From the NCBI GenBank assembly GCA_009693245.1, contig SHXO01000001.1:3506-67505 (forward strand): a stretch of DNA of 64,000 nucleotides, read 5' to 3'. The position numbers and the translations under genes were made by a program. This stretch comes from Betaproteobacteria bacterium (GTDB taxonomy: Bacteria > Pseudomonadota > Gammaproteobacteria > Burkholderiales > SHXO01). Position 1 is the first letter of the stretch; each line of letters starts with the position of its first letter. This document shows, one piece after another, positions 10,691 to 21,416 of this stretch. The notes under the pieces were generated by a model. That model saw only the letters and a list, made by a program, of their open reading frames with translations, was not told the DNA's origin and ran no database searches.

Positions 10691-11938
10691 ATGAGCCAAA
10701 TATTAGTGGTGGATGACGAGATCGGAATTCGGGAGCTACTCTCGGAGATCTTGCACGACGAGGGGCATCAAGTGCGCTTGGCGGAGAGCGCGGGGGAGGC
10801 CAGAACCATGCGCATGCGCACCCGGCCAGACTTGGTCCTGCTCGACATCTGGATGCCGGACACCGATGGCATCACGCTGCTGAAGGAGTGGGCTACTTCA
10901 GGGCAACTCACCATGCCGGTGGTCATGATGTCCGGCCACGGAACCATCGACACGGCCGTGGAAGCCACCCGCATCGGCGCCTATGCTTTTCTGGAAAAAC
11001 CCATCGCCCTGCAAAAGCTTCTGACCACCGTGGGACAAGCGTTGCGGCAGGGACAAGCCACCAGCCGGCCGGGGTTGTCCATGGCTTACCTTGGCCGCTC
11101 GCCTTTGCTGCAAGAGCTAAGAACCCGGCTCGAGAATATTCGCAATTTGCCGCTTCCCGTATTGTTCACGGGCGAGCCCGGTGTCGGTAAGAGCCTTTGC
11201 GCAAAATTTCTGCATAACGCCAACTCGCCTTGGGTGGCGCCGGAAAATTTTTCCGTCCTCGGCGACAGCGCCAACAATCTGGTGGGTCAGGCCGCGGAGG
11301 GAACCCTCTTCTTGCACGAAGTCAGCAATTTGAACGCGGAGCAGCAACGCAATCTTCTACAACAATGCAGCAAGCTGGACCGCTACCATACGCGCGTCGT
11401 CTCCACGACCTCAAAAGACCTTGCCGTCTTGGTGAGCCAAGGGCTCTTCGATGCGCGTCTCTATAGCGCCTTGAGCTCCTTGAGTGTGCGCATCCCCAGT
11501 CTGCGCGAACACCCAGAGGACACTCCGGAACTCGCGCGCTTGATTCTGAGCCGTTACGTGGAATCAAGGGAAGTCCCGGCGCGCCAGCTCAGTACCGCCG
11601 CCCTCAATGCGCTGCGGTTGTTTCATTGGCCGGGTAACCTCGCGCAGTTGGAAAGTGTCGTGAAGAGCGCGGCGCTACTAGCCTTGAGCCACGAGATCAC
11701 CCTATCCGATGTCAACAGCACATTGGCGCGCTTGGATGCGCCCATGAGCAGTGCTTCCGTCGGCCTGGATACGGATTTGCGCGAGGCGAGGGAAGCCTTC
11801 GAACGGATCTACTTCGAATACCACATGACGCGCGAAGGGGCCAATATCAGCCGCGTGGCCGAGCGCGCCGGGCTGGAGCGCACGCATCTTTACCGCAAGC
11901 TCAAACAATTGGGAATTCAAATCTCGCGCAAGGAGTAG
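10691..11938 (+). CDS. ntrX: sigma-54-interaction-type response regulator NtrX-like
   Basis: Receiver domain (ILVVDDE...DLVLLDIWMPDTDG), an AAA+ region with the Walker A GEPGVGKS, and a C-terminal Fis-type HTH; directly downstream of ntrY. Confidence 0.85.
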   Translation: MSQILVVDDEIGIRELLSEILHDEGHQVRLAESAGEARTMRMRTRPDLVLLDIWMPDTDGITLLKEWATSGQLTMPVVMMSGHGTIDTAVEATRIGAYAFLEKPIALQKLLTTVGQALRQGQATSRPGLSMAYLGRSPLLQELRTRLENIRNLPLPVLFTGEPGVGKSLCAKFLHNANSPWVAPENFSVLGDSANNLVGQAAEGTLFLHEVSNLNAEQQRNLLQQCSKLDRYHTRVVSTTSKDLAVLVSQGLFDARLYSALSSLSVRIPSLREHPEDTPELARLILSRYVESREVPARQLSTAALNALRLFHWPGNLAQLESVVKSAALLALSHEITLSDVNSTLARLDAPMSSASVGLDTDLREAREAFERIYFEYHMTREGANISRVAERAGLERTHLYRKLKQLGIQISRKE

Positions 11939-11943
11939 CACGG

Positions 11944-11971
11944 TTGGGACCGCAGGCCGATCCCCTATAAT
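11944..11971 (+). promoter_or_regulatory. candidate sigma-70 promoter for tkt (TTGGGA-N16-TATAAT)
   Basis: TTGGGA at 11944-11949 and TATAAT at 11966-11971, with a 16-nt spacer, about 50 nt upstream of the tkt ATG. Confidence 0.35.
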
Positions 11972-12019
11972 CCGCCGCTTTCGCCGCTTCGTACCGAAGT
12001 CATTTAGGAATTCGATCCC

Positions 12020-14020
12020 ATGGCCACCCGCCAAGAATTAGCCAATGCACTTCGCGTGCTCGCGATGGACGCCGTGCAAAAAGCCAACTCCGGTCATCCA
12101 GGCATGCCCATGGGCATGGCCGAGATCGCCGAAGTATTGTGGAATCACCATCTGCGCTTTAATCCGGCCGATCCGCAATGGCCTGGCCGCGACCGTTTCG
12201 TGGTCTCCAATGGCCACGGATCCATGTTGCTCTACGGGCTGTTGCACCTGACGGGTTTCGAATTGTCCATGGACGAACTCAAGCGCTTTCGCCAGTTGCA
12301 CTCGAAGACACCGGGCCATCCGGAATACGGCCTCGCCCCCGGCGTGGAAACCACCACGGGCCCGCTTGGCCAAGGAATTGCCAACGCCGTGGGCATGGCC
12401 ATCGCGGAGCGAGAGCTGGCGCGCGCCTTCAATAAGCCAGATGGCAAGATCGTGGATCACCACACCTACGTGTTTCTAGGCGATGGTTGTCTGATGGAAG
12501 GTATTTCCCACGAAGTGTGCTCGCTGGCCGGAACGCTTGGGTTGAACAAGCTCATCGCGCTCTACGACGACAACGGCATCTCCATCGACTCGGAAAAAGG
12601 CCGTATGGCGCAGTGGTTCACCGACGATACCCCCAAGCGCTTCGAAGCCTATGGTTGGAACGTCATTCGCAACGTGGACGGCCACGACTTCGCCGCGGTG
12701 GATGCCGCCATTACCGCAGCGAAGGGCGAAAGCTCGCGCCCAATGCTGATCTGCTGCCGCACTACCCTAGGCAAGGGCTCGCCCAACAAAGCCAACACTG
12801 GTGCTGCGCACGGCTCGCCATTGGGTGAGAAAGAAGTGGCGGCCACCCGCGAGAAGCTAGGTTGGACCCACGCGCCTTTCGAGATCCCGAAAGATATCTA
12901 TGCTGGGTGGAATGCAAGAGAGCGCGGCGCCAGGGTGCAGGGCGCCTGGAGCGAGGTATTCTCGAAATACAAAAAAAACTACCCGGCTGAAGCTGCCGAA
13001 TTCGAGCGGCGCGTGAAGGGCGAGTTGCCCGCCCAGTGGCGCGATCACGCTGCTCAGTTGCTCGCCAAGACCAACGACAAGGCAGAGACTGTAGCCACGC
13101 GTAAGGCCTCGCAAAATACCTTGGAAACTCTTGGGCCGGTGCTCCCGGAACTCATGGGTGGTTCGGCCGATCTAGCGGCCTCCAATCTCACCTTGTGGGC
13201 AGGTTCCAAGGGTGTGATGAAGGAGGCTGGCGGCAACTATCTTTTCTATGGCGTACGCGAATTCGGCATGTGCGCCGTGATGAACGGCTTGGCGCTGCAT
13301 GGGGGCTTCATACCCTACGGCGGTACCTTCCTGGTGTTCTCGGACTATGCGCGCAATGCGTTGCGCATGGCGGCGTTGATGGGGTTGCGAGGCATCTACG
13401 TGTTCACTCACGATTCGATCGGCTTGGGCGAGGATGGACCCACCCACCAGGCCGTGGAACATGCGGCGAGTTTGCGCTTGATTCCTAATATGGATGTCTG
13501 GCGTCCTTGCGATGCCACCGAAACGGCCGCCGCCTGGACGGCGGCGGTGGAACGGCGCAAGGGGCCTTCAGCATTATTGCTATCACGCCAGAATCTTCCC
13601 CATGTCGCTCGCGATAGTGCGCAGCTGAAGGGCATCCGCAAGGGTGCATACGTGCTGGCGGACGCGCAGACTCCCAAGGCCGTATTGATCGCGACGGGGT
13701 CCGAGGTTGCATTGGCGCTCGCCGCCCAGAAAGCCCTCGCCGCGGAAGGGGTGGCCGTGCGCGTGGTCTCCATGCCGTGCACTTCTGTATTCGATGCACA
13801 GGACGCCGCCTACAAAGCGGCGGTTCTCCCGGCTGGCTTGCCGCGCGTGGCCATTGAAGCAGGAGTCACCGACTACTGGCGTAAGTACGTGGGGCTCGAA
13901 GGGGCCGTGGTAGGCATGGACCGCTTCGGCGAATCCGCCCCAGCCTCGGACTTGTTCAAGTACTTTGGTTTTACCACCGAGAACGTGGTGGCGAAAACCA
14001 AGGGCGTCCTGCACGTCTAG
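12020..14020 (+). CDS. tkt: transketolase
   Basis: 666 aa; [34 protein letters not shown], the [10 protein letters not shown] ThDP motif, and a full-length pyrimidine-binding and C-terminal domain. Confidence 0.95.
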   Translation: MATRQELANALRVLAMDAVQKANSGHPGMPMGMAEIAEVLWNHHLRFNPADPQWPGRDRFVVSNGHGSMLLYGLLHLTGFELSMDELKRFRQLHSKTPGHPEYGLAPGVETTTGPLGQGIANAVGMAIAERELARAFNKPDGKIVDHHTYVFLGDGCLMEGISHEVCSLAGTLGLNKLIALYDDNGISIDSEKGRMAQWFTDDTPKRFEAYGWNVIRNVDGHDFAAVDAAITAAKGESSRPMLICCRTTLGKGSPNKANTGAAHGSPLGEKEVAATREKLGWTHAPFEIPKDIYAGWNARERGARVQGAWSEVFSKYKKNYPAEAAEFERRVKGELPAQWRDHAAQLLAKTNDKAETVATRKASQNTLETLGPVLPELMGGSADLAASNLTLWAGSKGVMKEAGGNYLFYGVREFGMCAVMNGLALHGGFIPYGGTFLVFSDYARNALRMAALMGLRGIYVFTHDSIGLGEDGPTHQAVEHAASLRLIPNMDVWRPCDATETAAAWTAAVERRKGPSALLLSRQNLPHVARDSAQLKGIRKGAYVLADAQTPKAVLIATGSEVALALAAQKALAAEGVAVRVVSMPCTSVFDAQDAAYKAAVLPAGLPRVAIEAGVTDYWRKYVGLEGAVVGMDRFGESAPASDLFKYFGFTTENVVAKTKGVLHV

Positions 14021-14025
14021 ATCCC

Positions 14026-14971
14026 ATGCGCTTGCTCGCGGACATCGGGGGCACCAATGTCCGTTTGGCGCTATTGCCCGAGGGTAGCGGCACCCCCCAA
14101 GACGAACTCGTTCTTCAATGCGCGGGCTATCGCGGTTTGGAGGATGCGGTTGAGTATTACCTAGACCAGGTCCGAAGTCCGCCCATTACCGAGGCGGCCA
14201 TGGACGTGGCCACCGCGGTTACTGGCGATCTCGTCAAGCTCACCAATAGCCCCTGGGCATTTTCCATTGAGCAAGCGCGCCGCCGTCTGAGGCTCAACCG
14301 TCTTCTCGTTCTCAACGACTTCACTGCCCTGGCGCTTTCGTTGCCGAAATTGCAGGCGGACGAGGTTCGCAAGGTGGGGCGCGGCGAGGGAGTACCTGGA
14401 AGGCCCATCGCATTGTTGGGAGCCGGTACGGGCTTGGGAGTATCCGCCCTCATTCCCCAGGGTGATCGCTGGATTCCCCTTGAAGGCGAAGGCGGGCACG
14501 TGGCGTTTAGCGCCATGAAGCGAGCGCGAAGACGATGTCTTGCGGGTGCTGCGCCAGCGCTACGGTCATGTGTCGGCGGAGCGGCTATTGAGCGGCCCGG
14601 GATTGTTGAACATCTACCTGGCGTTGTGCGAGCTCGCCCACGTCGTGCCGCGCAATTACTCGCCAGAGCAGATAAGCCAAACGGGGCTGCGAGGCGAAGA
14701 TCCGCAATGCGCCGAAACACTGGAAATTTTCTGCGCGGGCTTGGGCACGGCTGCCGCCAATCTCGTCGTGTGCCTGGGTGCTCGTGCCGCCGCCTACATC
14801 GGCGGGGGCATCGTGCCTAAGTTGGGGGATTATTTCGATCGCTCCGCTTTCCGCTCGCGCTTCGAGCATAAAGGACGCTTCTCCAGCTATGTGGCGCAAG
14901 TCCCCACCTACGTGATCGTGGCGCAAACACCCGCGCTACGAGGGTTGGCCGTGGCGTTGGAGAATTCATGA
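14026..14971 (+). pseudogene. glk: glucokinase split by a 1-nt insertion (frameshift near 14518) or a sequencing error
   Basis: ORF 14026.. carries the N-half: LLADIGGTNVRLAL...LNDFTALALS...GAGTGLGVS...EGGHVAFSA. ORF ..14971 carries the C-half in the +2 frame: SEREDDVLRVLRQRYGHVSAERLLSGPGLLNIY...GGGI. Deleting one A of AA 14518-14519 joins them. Confidence 0.85.
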
Positions 14972-14984
14972 CGCACTGCGTCCG

Positions 14985-16916
14985 TTGAACGCTTCGCCTC
15001 CCGCGTACGCGCGGACGGTGTACCGCGCGGACATCGACGGGCTGCGCGCCATCGCTGTTCTGGGCGTGGTGTTCTATCACGTAGAGAGCCAATGGATCCC
15101 TGGTGGATTCACCGGAGTCGACGTGTTTTTCGTCATCTCCGGTTACCTCATCCACTCGCTGATTCTCGGCGCCATGCAGGCGGATGGTTTCAGCCTGGCG
15201 AATTTCTACGCAAGGCGCATCCGCAGGATCTTTCCCGCATTGGTTTTTGTTCTGCTCACCTGCTGGGCCGCGGGCTGGGTGTCGTTACTATCGGATGAAT
15301 ACAGCCAGCTTGGCAAACACATAGGCGCCAGCGCGGTATTCATCGCCAATTTCGTGCTCAACCGCGAAGCGGGCTATTTCGATACGGACGCGTTGCTAAA
15401 ACCGCTGTTGCATCTGTGGTCGCTGAGTGTGGAAGAGCAGTTCTATCTCATTTTTCCGTTGATGCTCATGGCACTTGCGCGCTTGCGTGTCTCCTTCGGC
15501 CGGATCCTCCTTGCGCTCCTCGTACTCTCCTTCGTGACGTCTTGCTGGATGAGCCTCAACACCAAGACGGCGGCGTACTTCCTACCGTGGAGCCGGTTCT
15601 GGGAGTTGCTGGCCGGGGCGTTGTTGGCGCAGGGCGCGCACCACCTGAAACCCGGCGAGGATTTTCCCTCGCGATTGGCGCGCTTGAGCGGGTGGCATCG
15701 TCTGGGATATGCGCAATCGTGGTCCTTGCTGGGCGCGGTGTTGGTGGCTTGCGGCTTCTTTTTTGTCCAACGCCAAAGCGTTTTTCCTGGGCCATTCGCG
15801 TTACTTCCTGTCGCGGGAACCTGCCTACTCATTGCAGCCGGCCCGCGCGCGGGATTTAACCGCCGCCTCTTGTCCTGGCCGCCGCTCGTGGCCTTAGGTC
15901 TGGTGAGCTACGCATGGTATTTGTGGCATTACCCGCTCCTTGCCTTCTTGCGCATCACGGAACCACAGCCCCCAGCGGCGTGGCAGTTACTAAGCGCCGT
16001 GGGAGTAGCGTTGCTGCTCGCCGTGTTTTCCTACCGAATGCTCGAGCGACCCATCCGGCGCAATGCATCGGTACCTGTGCTTACAGGTTTGATCGCATCC
16101 ATGGCGATTGCGGGTGCGCTGGGAAAATACACCAAGAATGTGCACGGCTTCGAAGACCGCCTTCCGCGCGCGCCACAGATCGCAACCATGACACCCGAAG
16201 AGCACGCCGCCAGCCGGAACGCCACCATGGCCATTCTCGGCGATAGTCATGCCAATCATTTTTCCGTGGGTCTGTATGCGTATGCGAAAAAGCACGGCGA
16301 TGGCGTGCGCGTGTACTCCCATGGCGGTTGCGCTCCGCTCCACGGTGTCCGTAACGAGGGCGGGCCAGGCGGAACCTGCCAGGATTCGGTTACTCCAGCC
16401 ATCGATGAAATCGCCGCGAACAGTGCCGTGCGCACCGTAGTGATCGCCTTCAATGGCACCGGATACATGAATAGCGCGCGGGGCGTGACCCTATCGCATC
16501 CGAATCTCCCCGCGGCGGACAACAACACCGTCTTGCGGGCGGGCCTGCATGCGACTCTGGCGAAGTTCGTGGAAGCGGGAAAATACGTGGTGATGCTCAC
16601 CGATAATCCGCCGCTCAATTTTCATCCGCGCAACTGCCTCATGGCGCGCCCATTCTCGGCGCAGCCGGCCAAACCCACCTGTGCCGTTGAGCGAAGCTGG
16701 GTGGATAACGCCACCCAGTCATACCGGGACATTTTGTACAGTTCCGCGCGGGCGTTTCCTGGCGTGAAGATTTTCGATACCTACCCCATTCTGTGCGACG
16801 CGCTTTACTGCTACGCCAAGAAGGACGGACAACTGCTTTACGCGGATACCACCCACTTGACCCGCGAGGGCTCCCTACGCTTTGCTGGACAGTTTGATTT
16901 CCATCCAGGGCCGTGA
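14985..16916 (+). CDS. acyltransferase family 3 (OafA/YrhL-like) with a C-terminal SGNH-like domain
   Basis: 643 aa from a TTG start. N-terminal motif RADIDGLRAIAVLGVVFYHV, about 10 TM helices, and a C-terminal soluble domain (ILGDSHANH). Confidence 0.8.
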   Translation: MNASPPAYARTVYRADIDGLRAIAVLGVVFYHVESQWIPGGFTGVDVFFVISGYLIHSLILGAMQADGFSLANFYARRIRRIFPALVFVLLTCWAAGWVSLLSDEYSQLGKHIGASAVFIANFVLNREAGYFDTDALLKPLLHLWSLSVEEQFYLIFPLMLMALARLRVSFGRILLALLVLSFVTSCWMSLNTKTAAYFLPWSRFWELLAGALLAQGAHHLKPGEDFPSRLARLSGWHRLGYAQSWSLLGAVLVACGFFFVQRQSVFPGPFALLPVAGTCLLIAAGPRAGFNRRLLSWPPLVALGLVSYAWYLWHYPLLAFLRITEPQPPAAWQLLSAVGVALLLAVFSYRMLERPIRRNASVPVLTGLIASMAIAGALGKYTKNVHGFEDRLPRAPQIATMTPEEHAASRNATMAILGDSHANHFSVGLYAYAKKHGDGVRVYSHGGCAPLHGVRNEGGPGGTCQDSVTPAIDEIAANSAVRTVVIAFNGTGYMNSARGVTLSHPNLPAADNNTVLRAGLHATLAKFVEAGKYVVMLTDNPPLNFHPRNCLMARPFSAQPAKPTCAVERSWVDNATQSYRDILYSSARAFPGVKIFDTYPILCDALYCYAKKDGQLLYADTTHLTREGSLRFAGQFDFHPGP

Positions 16917-16971
16917 GCGGCAAACTCGTGTGATACTTTTGCTTTCTAACAGGAACACAAAGGAAACGAGA

Positions 16972-17451
16972 ATGCACCGGATCATGCTTTGGGCTCTAGT
17001 CTTTTGCCCGTTGTTGGGTCATGCCATGCAGAACGAGCCGCGCGATTTTCTCGGAATGGAGTGGGGCGCGCCCATCGAGACGTACCGCGCCAGTCTGAAG
17101 GTCATCACCGAAGATGAAAATTCGGGGTACTACCGGCGCGTATCGGACCGCCCCTATTTCGCCGGGATCGAAGTGCGCCGCATTAGCTACTACTTTCACA
17201 AGGGCCGCTTCGTTGCCGGCACGTTTCTTAGCGTGGGCACCAACGATTTCAACCGCATCGTCGCGCACCTCACGCAGCGCCATGGCCCGCCGCAAAGCGT
17301 GCACACGCGGCACCGTGTCTATGCCTGGGAAGGCGAGCACGCCGGGGTGACCATCTCCTGCGATATCACCATAAGCTGCTACACGGAGTTCTTCGATAAA
17401 GCTTTACGCTTGCAGGAACTGGAGGGGTCCGGAAAGCGTGAAGACGATTGA
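16972..17451 (+). CDS. hypothetical secreted protein
   Basis: ATG 16972 is preceded by AGGAAACGAG. The product has a signal-like N-terminus (MHRIMLWALVFCPLLGHA). I recognise no family. Confidence 0.5.
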   Translation: MHRIMLWALVFCPLLGHAMQNEPRDFLGMEWGAPIETYRASLKVITEDENSGYYRRVSDRPYFAGIEVRRISYYFHKGRFVAGTFLSVGTNDFNRIVAHLTQRHGPPQSVHTRHRVYAWEGEHAGVTISCDITISCYTEFFDKALRLQELEGSGKREDD

Positions 17452-17517
17452 CGCCGAGTGCGGGAGTAAAATTCGCGGCCACCATTTTCCCCCGTATCGG
17501 TACGTGATGCTCCCAAT

Positions 17518-18495
17518 ATGAATATGCCCGCTCCTTGCACCATTCCCTGCAATCTGTGCGGGTCGGTGGATGCCGAGCAGATTCGCACCAAGGACCGCCA
17601 CGGCGCGCATCTGCGCTCGGTGATTTGCAGGCAGTGCGGATTGGTGTGGACGGATCCGCGGCCCGCACCCGAGCAAGTGCGCGAGTTTTATGCGCAGGAA
17701 TACCGCCTGGGCTTCAAAGGCACTTACCAGCCCAAACCCAAGCACACCTACCGCTCGGGTAAAGTGGCCGTGGAACGTTACCAGCGGCTACGCAACGTCC
17801 TCAAGACGGGCATGCGTGTTCTGGACGTGGGCGCCGGAGGCGGCGAGGTGGTCTATGTTTTACGGGCCATGGGGTACGACGCCGCGGGCTTCGAGCCCAA
17901 TGAGGGATATGCGCGTTACGCCGCCGAAGTTCTCGGGCTACCCGTGCGGCGAGGGTTCCACCAGGACTGCCCCGTGGAGCCGGCGTCGCAAGATGTGGTC
18001 ACCATGTTCCATATGGTTGAACATCTGGAAAGCCCCTTCGATGCGCTACGAAACGTGCACGGCTGGCTGCGGCCCGAAGGGCTTATTGTCGTCGAGGTAC
18101 CCAATGCCGAGGCCGTGTGCCAGCAACCCCACACCCAGTTTCATCGCGGTCATCTGTATCACTTCAATTTACCTGCCCTGGAGAAAACCGGCGAGCGCGC
18201 TGGCTTCACGGTGGTAAGCCGGTTTACTTCCGCGGATGGCGGCAACATCATGGTGGTTTGGCGCAAGACCCAGGTTTCCCCCGCTACCTCTTCTTCATGG
18301 GCGATTCCTGGCAACTACGCACGCGTTGCCGCTATCTTGCGTGGCCATACGACGTTGCGCCACGTCTTTAGCCGTTATCCATTTATCCGGCCGTTTCGCA
18401 AGCTTGCCTCGGGATTGGAAGAACAACGCCGTGTGCGGATGTACCGTTCGCCACGCGATATTTTGGACGCGGTGATCGCCGAGAACGCTAGATGA
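17518..18495 (+). CDS. class I SAM-dependent methyltransferase with an N-terminal Zn-ribbon
   Basis: CNLCG...CRQCG zinc-ribbon pair, then motif I VLDVGAGGGEVV and post-I/II motifs (VTMFHMVEHLESP). Confidence 0.75.
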   Translation: MNMPAPCTIPCNLCGSVDAEQIRTKDRHGAHLRSVICRQCGLVWTDPRPAPEQVREFYAQEYRLGFKGTYQPKPKHTYRSGKVAVERYQRLRNVLKTGMRVLDVGAGGGEVVYVLRAMGYDAAGFEPNEGYARYAAEVLGLPVRRGFHQDCPVEPASQDVVTMFHMVEHLESPFDALRNVHGWLRPEGLIVVEVPNAEAVCQQPHTQFHRGHLYHFNLPALEKTGERAGFTVVSRFTSADGGNIMVVWRKTQVSPATSSSWAIPGNYARVAAILRGHTTLRHVFSRYPFIRPFRKLASGLEEQRRVRMYRSPRDILDAVIAENAR

Positions 18496-19289
18496 TTACC
18501 TCCAAGGAGATCGGCGATCATTTGGCCGCGGTGATAGACCGTACGCGCCTTGAGCATGCGCCTTTCGATCATATGGCGCTGGAGGAAATTTTTCCTCCCG
18601 AGGCCTACGCGGAGTTATTGGCCATGCTTCCCCAGGATCATTACTACCGGGAACTCAAACACAGCGATGCCATCATGGCCGGCGGTCGTAGTGCCCGCCT
18701 ACAGTTTCCCTTGCTGGCCGCCAATATCGACAGGCTGCCACCTGCCCAGCGTACATTCTGGAAGGAAATCGTCGCGGGTTTGAATGCGCCCAAGGTAGAG
18801 CAGGCGTGGCGGGCGAAGTTCAATCCGGTTCTGGAATCCATGACAGGCAGGGCCGGGGCCGCCATCAAATTCCAGCCCCACATCACGCTGTTTCGCGATC
18901 TGGGCGGCTATAAGATTTCCATCCACCCGGATTCGCCCCGCAAGGCCATAACGATTCAATACTACCTACCCGCCGATGAATCCCAAGTTCATCTTGGAAC
19001 CGTATTCCACGACAAGGATGCCAGTGGAGGATTTCGCGAAGCGCGCGCCATGCGTTTCGCTCCGAACACCGGTTATTCATTCGCTGTTACCCCTAAGAGC
19101 TATCACAGCGTCAAGCCCATGAGCTCACAAGACAGGCCGCGCAACAGCCTCATGGTGATCATGAATTACGACCGCGGCCCCTTGATCGAAGGTTTCAAGG
19201 CGGGCCGCGCGCGCCTGCGTGCCTGGTATGACAAGCTCGGCGGGCGCAGTGCCGTGGAGGCAGGCGAAGGCAAGTACGAGCAAATGTGA
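18492..19289 (+). CDS. hypothetical protein, possibly of the 2OG-Fe(II) oxygenase/cupin type
   Basis: Possible HxD...H triad (ISIHPDSP ... KSYHSV). ATGA overlap with the upstream methyltransferase. The family assignment is tentative. Confidence 0.4.
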   Translation: MITSKEIGDHLAAVIDRTRLEHAPFDHMALEEIFPPEAYAELLAMLPQDHYYRELKHSDAIMAGGRSARLQFPLLAANIDRLPPAQRTFWKEIVAGLNAPKVEQAWRAKFNPVLESMTGRAGAAIKFQPHITLFRDLGGYKISIHPDSPRKAITIQYYLPADESQVHLGTVFHDKDASGGFREARAMRFAPNTGYSFAVTPKSYHSVKPMSSQDRPRNSLMVIMNYDRGPLIEGFKAGRARLRAWYDKLGGRSAVEAGEGKYEQM

Positions 19290-19344
19290 TGGCCGCCGGG
19301 GCCAGGGTTGCTTTGGACGCTAAGCCGGTTTTACCGAGGCTCTA

Positions 19345-20265
19345 ATGGATCCCGGCCTGCTCGCGCAATATGTTTTCAACGGTTTGATGCTGGGGATGAT
19401 CTACGCCCTGGTCGCTGTGGGCTTCACGCTTTTCTTCGGTGTCCTCGACGTCATCAAATTCTCCCACGGCGACGTACTCATGACGGGCGCCTTCAGCGGA
19501 TATACGGTCTACATTGGCATGCAGGCGGCCGGAGTGCATTCGCCGCTGGTGCAACTCGGCGCGGTGCTCCTCATCCCCATGCTATTGATGGCCCTGCTGG
19601 GCGCGGTTCTGGGGAAGTATCTCGTGCTACCGCTGCGCGGTGCACCGCCGCTCAACGTGTTACTCATCACCTTGATGGCGGGTACAGGCCTGCGCGAGTT
19701 GGTCCGCACGCAATACCCGAACGGCTCGAACCCAAAGCCCTTTCCTAGCTTACTCCCCACGGAATCCGCCAACTTCGGGGCCTTTACCCTGCGCTACGAC
19801 AGCGTTCTTCTTCTGGTGCTTGGCTTGGGCGCCATCGTGCTGGTGCAACTGGTGATGACGCGCAGCAAATTGGGGCTCGCCATTCGCGCCGTGGCCCAGG
19901 ATGGCGAGACAGCGATGCTCATGGGCATCAACTTCGAGCGCACGGTGTTGGTCACTTTTTGCATCGGATCCGGGCTCGCGGCCCTGGCCGGCGTCACCAA
20001 CGGCCTGTACTACAACGAGATCAATTTCGGCATGGGGCTGTTGCTCGGCGTGATCGGCTTCAGCGCCGCGGTCGTGGGCGGCTTGGGAAACATTTATGGC
20101 GCCATTCTCGGCGGTTTTCTCTTCGCCGCGCTGCAAACGGCTGGTGTCGTACTTCTGCCCGTGGCGAGCGCCTACAAGGATGTTTTTGCTTTCGCCGTCA
20201 TCATTCTCATCATGGCATGGAAACCCACCGGGCTCATCGCCGAGCGCAGCGCGGAGCGCGTATGA
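19345..20265 (+). CDS. livH: branched-chain amino acid ABC transporter permease (LivH family)
   Basis: MDPGLLAQYVFNGLMLGMIYALVAVGFTLFFGVLDVIKFSHGD; multi-TM; 306 aa. Confidence 0.85.
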   Translation: MDPGLLAQYVFNGLMLGMIYALVAVGFTLFFGVLDVIKFSHGDVLMTGAFSGYTVYIGMQAAGVHSPLVQLGAVLLIPMLLMALLGAVLGKYLVLPLRGAPPLNVLLITLMAGTGLRELVRTQYPNGSNPKPFPSLLPTESANFGAFTLRYDSVLLLVLGLGAIVLVQLVMTRSKLGLAIRAVAQDGETAMLMGINFERTVLVTFCIGSGLAALAGVTNGLYYNEINFGMGLLLGVIGFSAAVVGGLGNIYGAILGGFLFAALQTAGVVLLPVASAYKDVFAFAVIILIMAWKPTGLIAERSAERV

Positions 20266-21416
20266 GCCCCGCGCATCCTAATAGGGTTATCGCGGTTGTT
20301 GCGATCGCAAGCTTCGCCGGGCTCGGCTACTTGATGCTTGCGGTGGAACAGCAATGGGCGGTGGCTGCGGTGGTGCTCGCCGCGGTCCTCGTCCTCGTCG
20401 CGGCTGGACGGTTGGGAGTTCTTCAGACGCTGGAGGCCACCCATGCCGCCCGCCCCTCGCAAGTGAATGCCCTGGTCGTAGCGGGGGCGCTTGCCTTGAT
20501 GGCGGCGTTTCATGGAGACCATTTCGCGCTGCTCATGCTGGTAAAGGTGATGCTGTTCTGCATCGCCTGCCTGGGCCTCAACGTCCAGTTCGGCTACGCC
20601 GGCGTGGTGAATTTCGCGGGTGCGGCTTTCTTTGGAGTGGGCGCTTACGCCACCGCGGTCCTCTCGCAGCACACGGCCGTCCCTCCCCTGCTGATTTTGT
20701 TACTCGGGGGCGCGATGGCCGCGCTCACCGGGACGGTGCTTACGTTGCCCATGCTGCGTACACGCGGGCACTACGCAGCCCTGATTACGATCGCCTTCGG
20801 CATATTGTTCAAGACTTTCTTGGAGGTCAACGATCTCTTGGGCGGCCCGCAAGGCTTGAAATTACCGGGATTGCGTATCGCGGGCTATGCTTTCAATGAC
20901 AACATCGAGTACGGCGAAGCCGGAGAGATTTCCTTCTACTTCAACTACGCGCTGCTGGCGCTGGCGATCTTGGTCGTTGCCTTCTGCGTGGTAAAGCGCC
21001 TGGAGCGCTCCTGGATTGGGGTGTACTTGGATGCGGTGCGCATCGACGAAACCGCCGCATCGGTGTTCGGGGTGGGGGTGGGGCGGTGGAAGGTGCTGGC
21101 TTTCGCTTTCGGAAATTTCTTCGCGGGTCTGGCGGGTTCCCTCTATGCAATGATGACAGGATTCATCGCGCCCGCGGACTTCACGTTTAGCGATTCGCTG
21201 ATTCTGGTTTCCATCGTCATCCTGGGCGGCCTGGGCAATCCGTGGAGCATCATTCCGGCGGCGGCGCTGGTCATCGTACTGCCGGAAAAACTCCAGGTCA
21301 TCCAGGAATACCGCATCTTGTTATTCTCGGTCCTGGTGGTGCTCATTCTGCGCTTTCGCCCAGATGGCTTGATACCGCGGCGTCTACGCGTGTTCGCGCC
21401 GGGGAAATTAGCATGA
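20262..21416 (+). CDS. livM: branched-chain amino acid ABC transporter permease (LivM family)
   Basis: ATG 20262 forms an ATGA overlap with the livH stop. Multi-TM, with NVQFGYAGVVNFAGAAFFGVGAY typical of LivM. Confidence 0.85.
   Translation: MSPAHPNRVIAVVAIASFAGLGYLMLAVEQQWAVAAVVLAAVLVLVAAGRLGVLQTLEATHAARPSQVNALVVAGALALMAAFHGDHFALLMLVKVMLFCIACLGLNVQFGYAGVVNFAGAAFFGVGAYATAVLSQHTAVPPLLILLLGGAMAALTGTVLTLPMLRTRGHYAALITIAFGILFKTFLEVNDLLGGPQGLKLPGLRIAGYAFNDNIEYGEAGEISFYFNYALLALAILVVAFCVVKRLERSWIGVYLDAVRIDETAASVFGVGVGRWKVLAFAFGNFFAGLAGSLYAMMTGFIAPADFTFSDSLILVSIVILGGLGNPWSIIPAAALVIVLPEKLQVIQEYRILLFSVLVVLILRFRPDGLIPRRLRVFAPGKLA

Noticed and set aside
19959-20261. Long N-terminal extensions on same-strand ORFs. 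Examples: 19959, 21242, 25048, 43815, 47233, 48387, 54221, 57583, 59432(+), and 2849, 28481, 34524, 42036, 61504(-).
   Set aside because: The extensions overlap the 3' end of the preceding gene in another frame and are not family-like. Internal starts that form ATGA/GTGA/TTGA overlaps, or that follow SD sequences, give canonical N-termini.
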